A stretch of 64,000 nt of DNA from Longimicrobiales bacterium (GTDB lineage Bacteria > Gemmatimonadota > Gemmatimonadetes > Longimicrobiales > Gaopeijiaceae): positions 1,344,001 through 1,408,000 of the forward strand of contig CBDDCX010000008.1 in NCBI GenBank assembly GCA_965226375.1. The letters are read 5' to 3'. Positions 30,522 through 40,811 of this stretch are shown here, piece after piece (the first letter of the stretch is position 1; the number at the start of each line of letters is the position of its first letter). The position numbers were made by a program, and so were the translations under genes. The notes beneath the pieces were generated by a model. The model ran no database searches and was not told the origin of the DNA. It saw only the letters and a list, made by a program, of their open reading frames with translations.

Positions 30522-31475
30522 TCAGGACTCCGCTAGAATTTCGCGTGCTTCGACAACATCCTCGCGCATCTGGTCCACCAGCGCACGTTGCGAATCGAAG
30601 GGACGGATCTCTCGGAGGTAACGCACGAAGTCGACCCGGATCTCCTCCCCGTAGATGTCCCTCTCGAAGTCCAACAGATGGACCTCAATGGTGGGTGGGG
30701 ACCCCCTGAAGGTGGGCCTCGGACCCAAATGAAGAGCTCCGTCGTAGGTACCCGACCTCAGGACGCCCCTGACGGCATAGATTCCCGTAGGCGGTATGAG
30801 CTTCTGGCCTACCCCACCACCCCTGACCTCGAGGTTCGCCGTGGGAAAGCCGAGAGTGCGGCCCCGCTGATCGCCGCGGACAACCAAGCCGCGGAGCGAG
30901 TATGGACGACCGAGTGCTTCACCGGCTGAGGCCATATTCCCTTCCAACAGAGCTCTGCGAATGCCTGTCGAAGAAACGGGATTTCCGCCTGGACCCACCG
31001 GACCTACCACATCGACCTCGAACCCCAACTCCGAGCCGAGAGCACGGAGGGTATCAGCGTCGCCGGTCCGCCCCCGACCAAAGTGGTGATCGTACCCAAC
31101 CACCAATTCCTTTACACCGAGTCGGCCTACGAGAATTTCCTCGACGAAGCGCCGGGGCGTATACCGGGCCAGCACGGGGGTAAAGGGCAGGAACACCGCG
31201 TAGTCGAGCCCGGATTCTGCCAAGATCTCCTTCTTCTCCACGGGCGTGGTGAGCATGGGAGGAGCCAGCTCCGGGCGGACGATGGTGAGGGGATGTGGGT
31301 GGAAGGTCGCGAGAACGCTGCGGCGGCCGGTCTCCTGCGCCCTCCGGCGAATCTCCGAAAGAACTTCCCAGTGGCCGCGGTGGATCCCGTCGAAGGTGCC
31401 GATGGTGACCACCGTCCCCATTCCATCCGACGGGAGACCTGAAGGAAGAGCCGGATCGATGGCGAATTCGGTCAT
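30522..31475 (-). CDS. ribF: Bifunctional riboflavin kinase/FAD synthetase
   Basis: GTFDGIHRGH, VSSTGIR, GRTLGFPTAN, IEVHLLDF; ATGA overlap with truB. Confidence 0.96.
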   Translation of the reverse strand: MTEFAIDPALPSGLPSDGMGTVVTIGTFDGIHRGHWEVLSEIRRRAQETGRRSVLATFHPHPLTIVRPELAPPMLTTPVEKKEILAESGLDYAVFLPFTPVLARYTPRRFVEEILVGRLGVKELVVGYDHHFGRGRTGDADTLRALGSELGFEVDVVGPVGPGGNPVSSTGIRRALLEGNMASAGEALGRPYSLRGLVVRGDQRGRTLGFPTANLEVRGGGVGQKLIPPTGIYAVRGVLRSGTYDGALHLGPRPTFRGSPPTIEVHLLDFERDIYGEEIRVDFVRYLREIRPFDSQRALVDQMREDVVEAREILAES

Positions 31476-32413
31476 GTGGTGACGGCACCCTCGAGCATCT
31501 TCCTCGGTGCGATTTCCCCATCCCGCACTTCGCCGATTCCAAGCAAACCCACCTCGTCGAGTACGGCGATAGGCATGTCGGCCTGCAACCCCGCTTCCGG
31601 AAACGGAATCCTGCCACCCTGACGGAGTCGCAACGCCGCTTCTGCCGCCACGTGTACGGTGGGGAGATGAGCAATAGCTTCGGCCGCATCGATCCACTGG
31701 CCAGGTATGGGCCGAACGCCCTCTCTCAGCTCGTCACCCGGCATCGCGCCTTGAACGGAGAAATCCCCTACCCTGGTCCGGCGCAACGCCGTGAGATGGG
31801 CTCCGACACGCAGTGCATCACCAAAGTCCCTCGCAAGGGCACGAATGTAGGTACCGGCCGAGCACGTCACCTCGAAGGAGAGATCCGGCGGCTCGAAGTC
31901 GGTCAACCCGATGTCCGAGATTTCGACGGTCACCGGAGTCAACTTCACGCTCTCACCCCGCCGGGCCTTCTTGTACATGGCTTCTCCGCCGACCTTCTTG
32001 GCCGAGTATTGGGGCGGCACCTGGTCGCTGCGACCCCGGAAGCAAGCCAGTTCCGACGTAACGTCGTCTCGGCTGGGCATCTCCAGACTTTCCTCGGACT
32101 GCACGACCCGTCCTTGGGAATCATGCGTGTCCGTTCTGGTGCCCAATCGCGCCTTCGCGGCGTAGGTCTTGGGAAGACTCGAAAGGTACTCGGCCAACCG
32201 AGCCGCGGGCCCAAAGAGAAGAATCAGAAGTCCCGAGGCGAAAGGGTCGAGAGTCCCCGTATGCCCGACACGCCTCGTGCCCAGCACTTTTCGCGCCCAG
32301 GCCACCACGTCGTGCGACGTCGGCCCAGGAGGCTTGTCCACGAGGAGCGCCCCGCCCCTTTTCGGCGACTCGAAGACGGCGGTCCTCACTCGCCTCGACC
32401 TGCCGTCATTCAC
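31472..32413 (-). CDS. truB: tRNA pseudouridine(55) synthase
   Basis: DKPPGPTSHD, GHTGTLDPFASG, CSAGTYIR, LRRT; start uncertain (GTG at 32413 or 32389). Confidence 0.95.
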   Translation of the reverse strand: MNDGRSRRVRTAVFESPKRGGALLVDKPPGPTSHDVVAWARKVLGTRRVGHTGTLDPFASGLLILLFGPAARLAEYLSSLPKTYAAKARLGTRTDTHDSQGRVVQSEESLEMPSRDDVTSELACFRGRSDQVPPQYSAKKVGGEAMYKKARRGESVKLTPVTVEISDIGLTDFEPPDLSFEVTCSAGTYIRALARDFGDALRVGAHLTALRRTRVGDFSVQGAMPGDELREGVRPIPGQWIDAAEAIAHLPTVHVAAEAALRLRQGGRIPFPEAGLQADMPIAVLDEVGLLGIGEVRDGEIAPRKMLEGAVTT

Positions 32414-32864
32414 CCGGCTCCGTCGCATCTTCCTGCTGCCCGCCCACGTCGGGGGGTTCTCCTTCACCGGTCTCGTCCGAGAGCTCTTCGGGCACGTCGG
32501 CATCCGACACCTCGGGGCGCTCCAACGGTCCGATATCACGCAGAATTTCCTCGATCCGATTGGCCTGTTCGTATGTCTCGTCCTCAAGGAAGCGCAACTC
32601 GGGTACGCGGCGAATGTGTAGCATGGACCCGAGCTCACGCCGAATGAAGTTGGAGGCGGCGGCGAGACCCTCCATGGCCTCTTTGTGGTCCGTGTCCGCG
32701 CCGACAATGCGCACGTAGACACGAGCGAGCCAGAGATCCGACGTCACGGCAACCCCGGTGACCACGACGTCTATCACCCTTGGGTCCCTCACGTCTCGGT
32801 GGAGGATGCCGGTGATTTCTCTCCGGAACTGCTCGTTCAGGCGTTCGAGGCGTCGGTTGGGCAT
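32406..32864 (-). CDS. rbfA: Ribosome-binding factor A
   Basis: RLERLNE, RDPR, DL..ARVY, R.VPELRF..D; acidic tail. Confidence 0.93.
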   Translation of the reverse strand: MPNRRLERLNEQFRREITGILHRDVRDPRVIDVVVTGVAVTSDLWLARVYVRIVGADTDHKEAMEGLAAASNFIRRELGSMLHIRRVPELRFLEDETYEQANRIEEILRDIGPLERPEVSDADVPEELSDETGEGEPPDVGGQQEDATEPGE

Positions 32865-32904
32865 AAACAAAAAGGGACGTGGCCTGGTCCAGACGGCGGC
32901 CGAT

Positions 32905-33186
32905 TCAGAAGAGGTCTCGTTTGCTGGAGAGAACCACCGCGCGTGTCTCCCCTTCAATAAGGCGGTCAACCTTCGACAGGACCGATTCGGCGACCCGTCC
33001 GTCGGTTGTTACCAGGGCGATGGACAGTTGAGCTCGCGTCCATACGTCTTGGTGTCCGGTCTCCGCTACGGAGACGTTGAACCGGCTACGGAGACGGTCC
33101 TTCAGCGACCTTACGACTCGGCGCTTTTCCTTGAGCGAGCCGCATCCGGGAAGCGAAAGCTCCCATGAGCATGCTGCCACAAGCAC
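32905..33186 (-). CDS. DUF503 (YlxP-like) protein
   Basis: SLKEKR.VVRSLK..LR.RFNVSVAE...QD; AGGAGG RBS before GTG. Confidence 0.88.
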   Translation of the reverse strand: MLVAACSWELSLPGCGSLKEKRRVVRSLKDRLRSRFNVSVAETGHQDVWTRAQLSIALVTTDGRVAESVLSKVDRLIEGETRAVVLSSKRDLF

Positions 33187-33232
33187 TCGTCGCTCCTCCT
33201 GCGGGCTCGCGATCAGTGTCCCGTTGCAGAAG

Positions 33233-35887
33233 TCAGCCCGCTGCTCCGGCAAGTGTGCGGGCCACCTCCTCGACCGAGAAGCACTCCAAGACGTCGCCGA
33301 CCTTGATGTCGTTGAAGTTGCCGATGCCTATGCCGCACTCGAAGCCCTCGCGCACCTCTTTGGCGTCGTCCTTGAAGCGCTTGAGAGAGGAAATTTCACC
33401 TTGGTAGATGACGATTCCGTCCCGCACGAGCCTTACCTCAGACTTCCGGTCGATCACACCGTCGATGACGTATGAGCCGGCGATAGTGCCCACCTTACCG
33501 ACCTTGAACACCTCACGAACCTCAGCGGAGCCAATAATCGTCTCTCTCCGCTCCGGTGTCAGCATGCCCTCGAGGGCAGCCCGGATTTCATCCACAACCT
33601 CGTAGATGATGTCATAGACTCGGATGTCCACCCCGTCTCTTTCGGCATGCTTGCGAGCGTTTGTGTAGGGACGCACGCGGAAGCCGATGATCACCGATCC
33701 GGACGTTCCGGCGAGCAGCACGTCTTCCTCGTTGATGGCCCCGACCGCCCGGTGGACAATCTGAACCTTGACCTCATCGGTACCGATCTGCTCCAAGGCA
33801 TCGGAAAGTGCTTGTACCGAACCGTCCACGTCCGCCTTGATGATGAGGGGGAGCGTGTCGGCTTCGCCGGCGGCGAGCAGTCCTGAGAAATCGCCCAGCT
33901 TTACGCCCCGTTCCTTGATACGGAGCTGCTTTTCACGTTCGAGCCGCATACGGCTCTGAGCGATCTCGCTTGCCTTGTCGGCCGCCATCATCTGGAAGGT
34001 GTCGCCGGCCTGTGGAACTCCCGCCGTTCCGAGGATCTGTACCGGAATTCCAGGGCCCGCTTCCTCCACGGGATGACCGCGCTCGTCGAGCATGGCGCGC
34101 ACGCGGCCATCGCGGTGTCCAACCACGAAGGAATCTCCGACACGTAACGTGCCCTTCTGCACCAGGACCGAAACTACCGGACCCTTTCCGATGTCGAGTT
34201 GGGCCTCGATGACGATGCCGCTAGCGTCACGATTCGGGTTCGCCTTGAGCTCGAGGAGATCGGCCTGCAGGAGCACCTTCTCCAGAAGCTCATCGATCCC
34301 CTCACCGGTCTTCGCCGAAATGTCGGCGCTCAGGACGTCCCCACCGTAGTCCTCGATCTGTACCTCCTGCTGGAGCAACTCCTGCTTGACCTTCATCGGG
34401 TCAGCGGCGGGCAGATCACACTTGTTCACCGCCACGACGAGAGGCACGCCCGCGTTGCGCGCGTGGCTGATGGCCTCTTTGGTTTGAGGCATGACGGAGT
34501 CGTCCGCCGCGACCACCAGAATCACGATGTCCGTGACCTCGGCGCCTCGCGCACGCATCGCCGTGAACGCCGCGTGGCCGGGAGTGTCCAGGAACGTGAT
34601 CATTCGCTGGTTTTCCAGCTCTACGTGATACGCGCCGATGTGCTGGGTGATGCCTCCCGACTCTCCGGCCACCACATTCGTGCTCCGGATCTTGTCGAGC
34701 AGCAGCGTCTTTCCGTGATCCACGTGGCCCATGACGGTCACGACAGGTGATCGCGGTTCCAGATCCTCCGGAGCATCCTCCTGGACCTCGGCCTCTTCCT
34801 GGGCGCTATACTCTTCCTCACGCACGGCGGTAAAGTCGAACTCATCCAGAAGCATCTCGATCTGATCGAAGTCGAGCCTCTGATTGATGGTGACCATAAG
34901 GCCGAGATTCTTGAACGCCGAGCCGATGATTTCCATAGACGAGACGTCAACCAAATCGGACAACTCTGATACGGTGAGGAATTCGTTCACCCGAACGGTC
35001 GTCCGCTCGCGCTCTTCTTCCTGAATGGCCTCCTGCTCTGCGACCTCACGCTCTTCCTTGGCAGGCCCCTTCCGTCGGCGTTTCTTGCTACTGCCCTTGA
35101 GCTCGGCCATGACGCGCTGGATGTTCTCCTGGACAGCACTCTGATCGACACGCGCGCGCTTCTTGCCCTTCTTCTTCGCACGCTGCTGTCGCTGACCGTC
35201 GGGCGTGTACCCCTCTGCCTGGACCCTCACCTGCCCCGCCGCTCCCGCGCTGGCCGAAGGCTTGGGCCGACGGATCACACGTGCGGGCCCCTCGGGTGCC
35301 GAATGACGGACGGGTTCCGGCGGTGGAGCGGCCGGTACAGGATCAACGGGCGTCTCGACGACAACCTCGGCCGCAGGCTCCTCGGCGGACTCTTCGGTCT
35401 CCGGCTCCTCGGCCTGGGTCTCTTCAATCTCGGCCTCATCCGGGGGAACCTCTTCCGCCACCCCTGCCTCGGCGACCGGCTCCTCTACCTCAGCCTCCTC
35501 AGAGGACGACTCATCCGGCTCGGCGCCCTCGTCGGCTACCTCGGTTTCGTCTTCAACATCCGCAACCGGAGCCTCGGAGGGTTCGTTGCTCTCCTCCGCC
35601 TCTTCCGAGATCTCTTCTTCTGCAGGCTCCGGCTTTATCTCACTCGCCCGGCGTCGCCTACGTTTGCCCTCCGTGGGCTTAGCGTCTTCGATGGCGGCCT
35701 GGATCGCCTCGGACGCGTCCTTGTGGCCGGCTCTGCGTTCCCGTTCGAGTCGCGCAAGAATGCGCGACACGTTCTCGTCGCTCATCGGGGCGTCTGCGTC
35801 TGGGACGGGAATCCGCATCGTCCTCAGCAAGCTAAGCAGGACCTCGGCGGAAACTCCGAGATCGTCGGCTAGTTCTACAACCCGCAT
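33233..35887 (-). CDS. infB: Translation initiation factor IF-2
   Basis: [31 protein letters not shown]. Confidence 0.98.
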   Translation of the reverse strand: MRVVELADDLGVSAEVLLSLLRTMRIPVPDADAPMSDENVSRILARLERERRAGHKDASEAIQAAIEDAKPTEGKRRRRRASEIKPEPAEEEISEEAEESNEPSEAPVADVEDETEVADEGAEPDESSSEEAEVEEPVAEAGVAEEVPPDEAEIEETQAEEPETEESAEEPAAEVVVETPVDPVPAAPPPEPVRHSAPEGPARVIRRPKPSASAGAAGQVRVQAEGYTPDGQRQQRAKKKGKKRARVDQSAVQENIQRVMAELKGSSKKRRRKGPAKEEREVAEQEAIQEEERERTTVRVNEFLTVSELSDLVDVSSMEIIGSAFKNLGLMVTINQRLDFDQIEMLLDEFDFTAVREEEYSAQEEAEVQEDAPEDLEPRSPVVTVMGHVDHGKTLLLDKIRSTNVVAGESGGITQHIGAYHVELENQRMITFLDTPGHAAFTAMRARGAEVTDIVILVVAADDSVMPQTKEAISHARNAGVPLVVAVNKCDLPAADPMKVKQELLQQEVQIEDYGGDVLSADISAKTGEGIDELLEKVLLQADLLELKANPNRDASGIVIEAQLDIGKGPVVSVLVQKGTLRVGDSFVVGHRDGRVRAMLDERGHPVEEAGPGIPVQILGTAGVPQAGDTFQMMAADKASEIAQSRMRLEREKQLRIKERGVKLGDFSGLLAAGEADTLPLIIKADVDGSVQALSDALEQIGTDEVKVQIVHRAVGAINEEDVLLAGTSGSVIIGFRVRPYTNARKHAERDGVDIRVYDIIYEVVDEIRAALEGMLTPERRETIIGSAEVREVFKVGKVGTIAGSYVIDGVIDRKSEVRLVRDGIVIYQGEISSLKRFKDDAKEVREGFECGIGIGNFNDIKVGDVLECFSVEEVARTLAGAAG

Positions 35888-35896
35888 CTGCTTTGC

Positions 35897-36244
35897 CTAC
35901 CTCCGCTCAGTCGCATCGTGCGTGCCCACATTCACGGCCAACTGGCCGGCCAACTGACTCGCAAAGTTCTTGTCGGTGACCGCGACCGCGGAAAGCGGAG
36001 CGGATCCCACCGCCGCACCCAACTCGGCTCGACTCCCCAAGATTACGCGGGGAGTCTCCCGATGTCGCAACAACTTCAACACCTTGTTGCGCTGGACCTC
36101 CGAGGCGTCCTGGGCCAGTAGCACGAGCCGGGCACGTCCGTCCCTCACGGCCCGTTGCGTGGCCCCCGTTCCACGTTCCAATGCGCCCGCTCGCCGGGCA
36201 AGCCCCAGTAACATCAGCGCGCTACGCCTCGACCGTCTCATCAT
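35897..36244 (-). CDS. L7Ae/L30e family RNA-binding protein (YlxQ-like)
   Basis: LLGLARRAG, LVLLAQDAS, ELG.AVG, AVTD..FA; lies between nusA and infB; start uncertain. Confidence 0.85.
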   Translation of the reverse strand: MMRRSRRSALMLLGLARRAGALERGTGATQRAVRDGRARLVLLAQDASEVQRNKVLKLLRHRETPRVILGSRAELGAAVGSAPLSAVAVTDKNFASQLAGQLAVNVGTHDATERR

Positions 36245-37820
36245 CGTCCGCCGCCCCCGCTTGGTCCGCCTCCGCCTCACCTGCATCGTCGGGGCCGGCT
36301 GAAGCCAGTCCTTCAGAGTCGGCTTCAGCCTCTTCTTCCGCGAGCGGTCCGGCGTCTGCTACTTCTGTCTCTTGGGCCGCCTCGTCACCACCGGACTCCC
36401 CATCACCATCGTCCGATTCGCCACCGGCGGATTCCTCTCCGTTCTCGACGTCCCCCCCAGCCTCAGGGGCGTCCGCGACCACGGAGGAATCATCGTCCAC
36501 GACCTCACTCACCGCGTCGGGCGCATCCGCCACAACCGTAAGCTCATCGATGAGGGACAGCAGCTGATCCGCGGCGTCCTCCGTGAGTCCTTCGATGGCC
36601 AGGAAATTCGTGCGGTCAAAGTCGATGATTTGCAGGAAAGTACTATACCCGGCGTTCCCCAGGGCTCCGAGAATCGCCGGAGTGAGATCAAGTTCGGACA
36701 ACGAGAAATCCGAAGTTTCGTACTCGTCCGCGTCCGGTTCCTGGAAGAGGGACAGATCCGCGCCGAGCTCGACCCATTCCCGCGAGCCGTACAGGTCGAT
36801 CTGCCAGCCGATGAGCTGAGACGCGAGCCGTACGTTCTGACCGTTTCGCCCGATAGCCAGGGAGAGTTGATCTTCATCGACAATGGCCGTGATCACCTGG
36901 CGTTCAGGATCACTCATGACCTTTGAAACCCGAGCGGGCGCCAAGGAGCGTCTCGCGAAGATTTCCGGCTCGGCGTGCCACGGCACGATGTCGATCCGCT
37001 CTCCACCCAACTCCTGAACCACCGCCTGCACCCGAGACCCCCTGAGGCCGACGCACGCACCTACGGGATCGATGGACTCGTCCCGGCTGTAGACGGCGAT
37101 CTTCGTACGTCCGCCCACTTCCCGGGCCACTTCCTTGATCTCGACGATCCCCTGGTGGATCTCCGGAACCTCCAGATTGAAGAGGGCCGCCACGAATAGT
37201 GGGTCTGCCCTGGAGAGAATGAGCCGGGGTCCCTTCGGCGTCTCCTCGACCTTCTTGAGAACGCAACGGATGGGATCACCCTGGCGGAATCGCTCCCTCG
37301 GGTTCTGGTCCTTCCAGGGAATGATGGCGTCGGCGTCGGCCGAGCGGTTGAGCATGACTACGATCTTGCCACGCTCCATCTGCTGCACCTCGCCGGAGAG
37401 TAACTCCCCGATGCGGTCCGAGTACTCATCGCGGATCCGATCGCGTTCATTCTCGCGAACGAGTTGGATGATGCGCTGCTTCACGGCCATCACCGCGTTG
37501 CGACCGAAATCCGCAAAATCGACCGGAATTTCCATGACGTCGCCGACTTCGAATCCTTCATCGTCCCAGCGAGCCTCCTCGAGGCTGATCTCGGACGATG
37601 GATCTTCTACATCTTCGACCACCCGTCTCAGAACGGTGATCTCGAACCCGCCCGCGGCGTCGTCAATGTCGATTTCGGCTTGTACGTTTGGACCGTATAT
37701 GCGCGCCAGACCCGCCCTGATCCCGTCCTTGAGGAGTTCGTTCACCTCATCGTGGGACAGGCTTTTCGTTGCGGCGACGTCTCTAAACGCCGCTACGATT
37801 TGGCCGGTATCAACAGTCAT
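36222..37820 (-). CDS. nusA: Transcription termination/antitermination factor NusA
   Basis: FGR.A, LEVPEI, DPVGACVG.RGSR, SLAIGRNGQNVRLA; long acidic tail; start ATG at 37820. Confidence 0.97.
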   Translation of the reverse strand: MTVDTGQIVAAFRDVAATKSLSHDEVNELLKDGIRAGLARIYGPNVQAEIDIDDAAGGFEITVLRRVVEDVEDPSSEISLEEARWDDEGFEVGDVMEIPVDFADFGRNAVMAVKQRIIQLVRENERDRIRDEYSDRIGELLSGEVQQMERGKIVVMLNRSADADAIIPWKDQNPRERFRQGDPIRCVLKKVEETPKGPRLILSRADPLFVAALFNLEVPEIHQGIVEIKEVAREVGGRTKIAVYSRDESIDPVGACVGLRGSRVQAVVQELGGERIDIVPWHAEPEIFARRSLAPARVSKVMSDPERQVITAIVDEDQLSLAIGRNGQNVRLASQLIGWQIDLYGSREWVELGADLSLFQEPDADEYETSDFSLSELDLTPAILGALGNAGYSTFLQIIDFDRTNFLAIEGLTEDAADQLLSLIDELTVVADAPDAVSEVVDDDSSVVADAPEAGGDVENGEESAGGESDDGDGESGGDEAAQETEVADAGPLAEEEAEADSEGLASAGPDDAGEAEADQAGAADDDETVEA

Positions 37821-37839
37821 AGTGTCCTCGCCCGTACGC

Positions 37840-38328
37840 CTACTTCCAATTGAACAGGAGGTGGGCACCCTTGATCTCCGTAAGGGGCACGCCCACCTCG
37901 GTGCCATCGCCCAGTCGGAGCCGTGCCGTCGGCTCCGGGTCCGGGTCCAATCCCAACAACTCCGCCTCGATCCGGGTAGATCGCTCAGCAAGAACCCGGT
38001 GACCTTTGACCACCACAGGTCGTCCTGCAAAACGCTCCCAGTCTCGTGGCCTGACCAACGGCCGCTCGACTCCCGGAGACGAAACCTCTAACACATAGCG
38101 CTCAGGTACGTCTCCATCCTCATCGAGCCAAGCCTCGAGGGCACGGCTCACCTGAGCGCAATCGTCCACCGTGACCGTCGACTCCAACTCCGAACCCGGC
38201 CTATCCATGCGAATGCGCATGATCGGCCGACTTCGGCTCCCAGCCCAATCCAACGAGACCAGCTCGAATCCGATAGTCGCGATCTGCGCCTCGATTTTCC
38301 GTTCGATCTCGGGCCGTGATGCAGCCAT
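37840..38328 (-). CDS. rimP: Ribosome maturation factor RimP
   Basis: VDDCAQVSR, Y.LEVSSPGVERPL; start ATG at 38328. Confidence 0.95.
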   Translation of the reverse strand: MAASRPEIERKIEAQIATIGFELVSLDWAGSRSRPIMRIRMDRPGSELESTVTVDDCAQVSRALEAWLDEDGDVPERYVLEVSSPGVERPLVRPRDWERFAGRPVVVKGHRVLAERSTRIEAELLGLDPDPEPTARLRLGDGTEVGVPLTEIKGAHLLFNWK

Positions 38329-38371
38329 GGCCACCCCTACCGGAGGCGGTAAAACGCAAACCCCCGAGAAC

Positions 38372-38429
38372 AAAAAAGCGGGGGCTACCAACTCCCCCAC
38401 TCACAAAAGTGGCCGCCCGAAAGGCGGCC
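38372..38429 (-). promoter_or_regulatory. rimP leader with attenuator-like terminator
   Basis: Hairpin ggccgcc-tttcg-ggcggcc, then agtgggggagt-tggt-agcccccgc followed by tttttt, between promoter and rimP. Confidence 0.65.
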
Positions 38430-38441
38430 GTTACGAGCGAT

Positions 38442-38470
38442 AATATAGGCGCAATGCCTTGATTACTCAA
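38442..38470 (-). promoter_or_regulatory. Sigma70-type promoter of the rimP-nusA-infB operon
   Basis: TTGAGT-N17-TATATT. Confidence 0.7.
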
Positions 38471-38536
38471 GACTTCGAGCGCCGGGGTAGTGGGTCACTG
38501 ACCCACTACCAGCACCACAGGCCCCGACTCAGAGGC

Positions 38537-38938
38537 TCATGCGCCCTCTTCTTCCTCGGCCGGCTCCTCGGGGGCTGCCTCGGCTTCCAGCCCCACGGAC
38601 CGCTCGACACTCTTGACCCTTTCCTTGAGCCCGTCCACGACACCCCTCAGGCTGTCGAATTCCTTCTGTTTGACGAAATCGAAGGCCTCCCTGGCCTCAC
38701 CGGCTCTCGCCTGCGCTTTCTCCAGCGTCGTGCGCATGACCTCTTTGGCCCGCTCGGGTGAGAGATCACCCCGCTCCTTGGCTTCGTTGAGGGGCTCCTC
38801 AATGGCGTCCTTCATCGCATTGAGCATACCAAGGCCTTGACGAATGCTGCCCTTGATACCGTCTGTTCGGCTCTGCTCTTCCGAGTCCTGCTCGGTTCCC
38901 GAGCCGTCGTTTCCCTCAGGAGTGTTCTCTTCCGACAT
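38537..38938 (-). CDS. Phasin-like (PhaF/COG3937-like) coiled-coil protein
   Basis: Pattern GLG......K..IEE...E..ERGDLS.E.AK plus C-terminal E...L...V..L..RV..VE. Confidence 0.55.
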   Translation of the reverse strand: MSEENTPEGNDGSGTEQDSEEQSRTDGIKGSIRQGLGMLNAMKDAIEEPLNEAKERGDLSPERAKEVMRTTLEKAQARAGEAREAFDFVKQKEFDSLRGVVDGLKERVKSVERSVGLEAEAAPEEPAEEEEGA

Positions 38939-39021
38939 GTCGCGGCCCTTCTCCACTGTGGGGTGACCACGATGGTCGCGGTCGTGTAGAGGTCTGTTCT
39001 GTCCTTCTTCAACAAGCCTTT

Positions 39022-39030
39022 AGTCTAGCA
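39022..39030 (-). promoter_or_regulatory. Candidate extended -10 for the phasin-like gene
   Basis: TG-C-TAGACT on minus strand. Confidence 0.35.
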
Positions 39031-39197
39031 GTACAGAATCCCGTCGGCGACCAGAGGTCGACGTCGAGACATATGGTCCCTCGTATGCACATTGAAGCGT
39101 TCAGTCCATTCCTGAGCCTTACGGCCTCGTCACTCGCGAGGTTTCCCGCCGGGGGCCGACCCATCACGAAGGACGACATCCAATGGGATCCGGACAA

Positions 39198-40481
39198 TTA
39201 AAAGGCTTCCGACCTTTCGATGTGAGCCCCTAGAGCGCGCAGGCGCTCGTCGATACGCTCGTACCCTCGCTCGATCTGCCGAATATTCTGGATGCGACTG
39301 GTACCTTCGGCTCCGAGTGCCGCGATCAGCATGGCCATTCCGGCCCGGATGTCCGGACTTTCCAGAGTTGTTCCCCTGAGCTGGGAGGGCCCAGCCACTA
39401 CCGCCCGGTGGGGGTCGCACAGGATGATCTGAGCACCCATGGCTACCAGCTTGTCGGTAAAGTACATGCGAGACTCGAACATCTTCTCGTGAATCAGCAC
39501 CGTTCCTGTACACCGCGTTGCCGTGACCACGGCAATGGACGTGAGATCCGCGGGGAAAGCGGGCCAGGGCCCGTCGTCGATCTTGGGTACTGCGCCGAAA
39601 GCGTCGCTGGCTACCCGACACTCACGGTCCCCGTGCACCACGAGCGAGTCCCCATCGATGGTGACCTCAACGCCAAGCCGCGCAAAGCCCAGCAGCGTGG
39701 AGTCGAGATGTTCGATGGGAGCCCCTTCCACCACCAACTCACTATTCGTCACGGCGGCCAAGCCGATGAAGGATCCTGTCTCGATGTGATCGGTGCCTAT
39801 GGCGAACGTGGTCCCACCGAGTTCCCTGACCCCCTCAATGCGAAGGCGATTGGTGCCGATTCCCTCGATGTGAGCTCCCATGCCGTTGAGCAGGTGGCAC
39901 AGGTCCTGGACGTGTGGCTCGCAAGCGACATTGCGTAGCAAGGTCTCCCCGTCGGCAAGCACTGCGGCCATTACGGCATTCTCCGTAGCCGTAACGGACG
40001 GTTCATCGAGGAATATGTCGGCCCCCCTCAGATGAATCGCTTCGATCTGGAAGCCTCCGTTGAGTCGCACTTCCGCCCCCAGTGCCTCGAAGGCCAGGAA
40101 GTGTGTGTCCATGCGACGACGACCGATCACATCGCCACCGGGCGGCGGTAAATCGACCCGACCGAAACGAGCGAGAAGGGGTCCAGCGAGAAGCAGTGAT
40201 GCCCGAATGCGCTCCGCCAGGTCGCGGTCGACCTCCCCCGAGGTCACCGAGGACGCATCCACCGTAACCACGTTGTTGTCGTCCCATTGCACGTCGGCGC
40301 CAAGCGAAGCCACAATTTCCAGCAGCGTCTCGACGTCTCTAATGCGGGGGATATTTTGGAGGGTCACCGGCCCGGTCGCGAGCACGGTAGCGGCGATCGC
40401 GGGCAAGGCAGCGTTCTTGTTACCGGCGGGTCGGACCACCCCGGTCAGGGAATGGCCGCCCTCAACGATGAAGCTTGGCAT
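39198..40481 (-). CDS. murA: UDP-N-acetylglucosamine 1-carboxyvinyltransferase
   Basis: [52 protein letters not shown] before ATG at 40481. Confidence 0.96.
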   Translation of the reverse strand: MPSFIVEGGHSLTGVVRPAGNKNAALPAIAATVLATGPVTLQNIPRIRDVETLLEIVASLGADVQWDDNNVVTVDASSVTSGEVDRDLAERIRASLLLAGPLLARFGRVDLPPPGGDVIGRRRMDTHFLAFEALGAEVRLNGGFQIEAIHLRGADIFLDEPSVTATENAVMAAVLADGETLLRNVACEPHVQDLCHLLNGMGAHIEGIGTNRLRIEGVRELGGTTFAIGTDHIETGSFIGLAAVTNSELVVEGAPIEHLDSTLLGFARLGVEVTIDGDSLVVHGDRECRVASDAFGAVPKIDDGPWPAFPADLTSIAVVTATRCTGTVLIHEKMFESRMYFTDKLVAMGAQIILCDPHRAVVAGPSQLRGTTLESPDIRAGMAMLIAALGAEGTSRIQNIRQIERGYERIDERLRALGAHIERSEAF

Positions 40482-40811
40482 GTCCTCCTTGCGGTCTCCG
40501 AAGTACCTGGCCGACACGGGTCCGGTCTCCAATCCCACGACCGTTTTGCCACGTCGACCTCGAACATATTCCACCGTCCCCCGACGCAGCAACCGGCTCT
40601 TCATCGTAACGCCCTCCAGCTCGAGATATCCGCCTCGAAACCGCCGTCACCCCTCGCGTGGGGCAGCAGCCTGCGATACTCTCTTGCAGGTTGCGTGCCG
40701 CCATCGGCGGGGATCCCCTCGAGACGTCGATCGACTCCAGTCAAGGCCGAACGGACGCCTTGTTTTCCCCGCCCAGTGACTGTTCAGAAATCGCCTCACC
40801 GGTTACGAATA

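Noticed and set aside
38957..39197. Small ORFs (38812-39015, 39009-39197) or an ncRNA in the murA-phasin gap
   Set aside because: No convincing RBS, motif or recognisable RNA family; the region is explained as promoter and UTR
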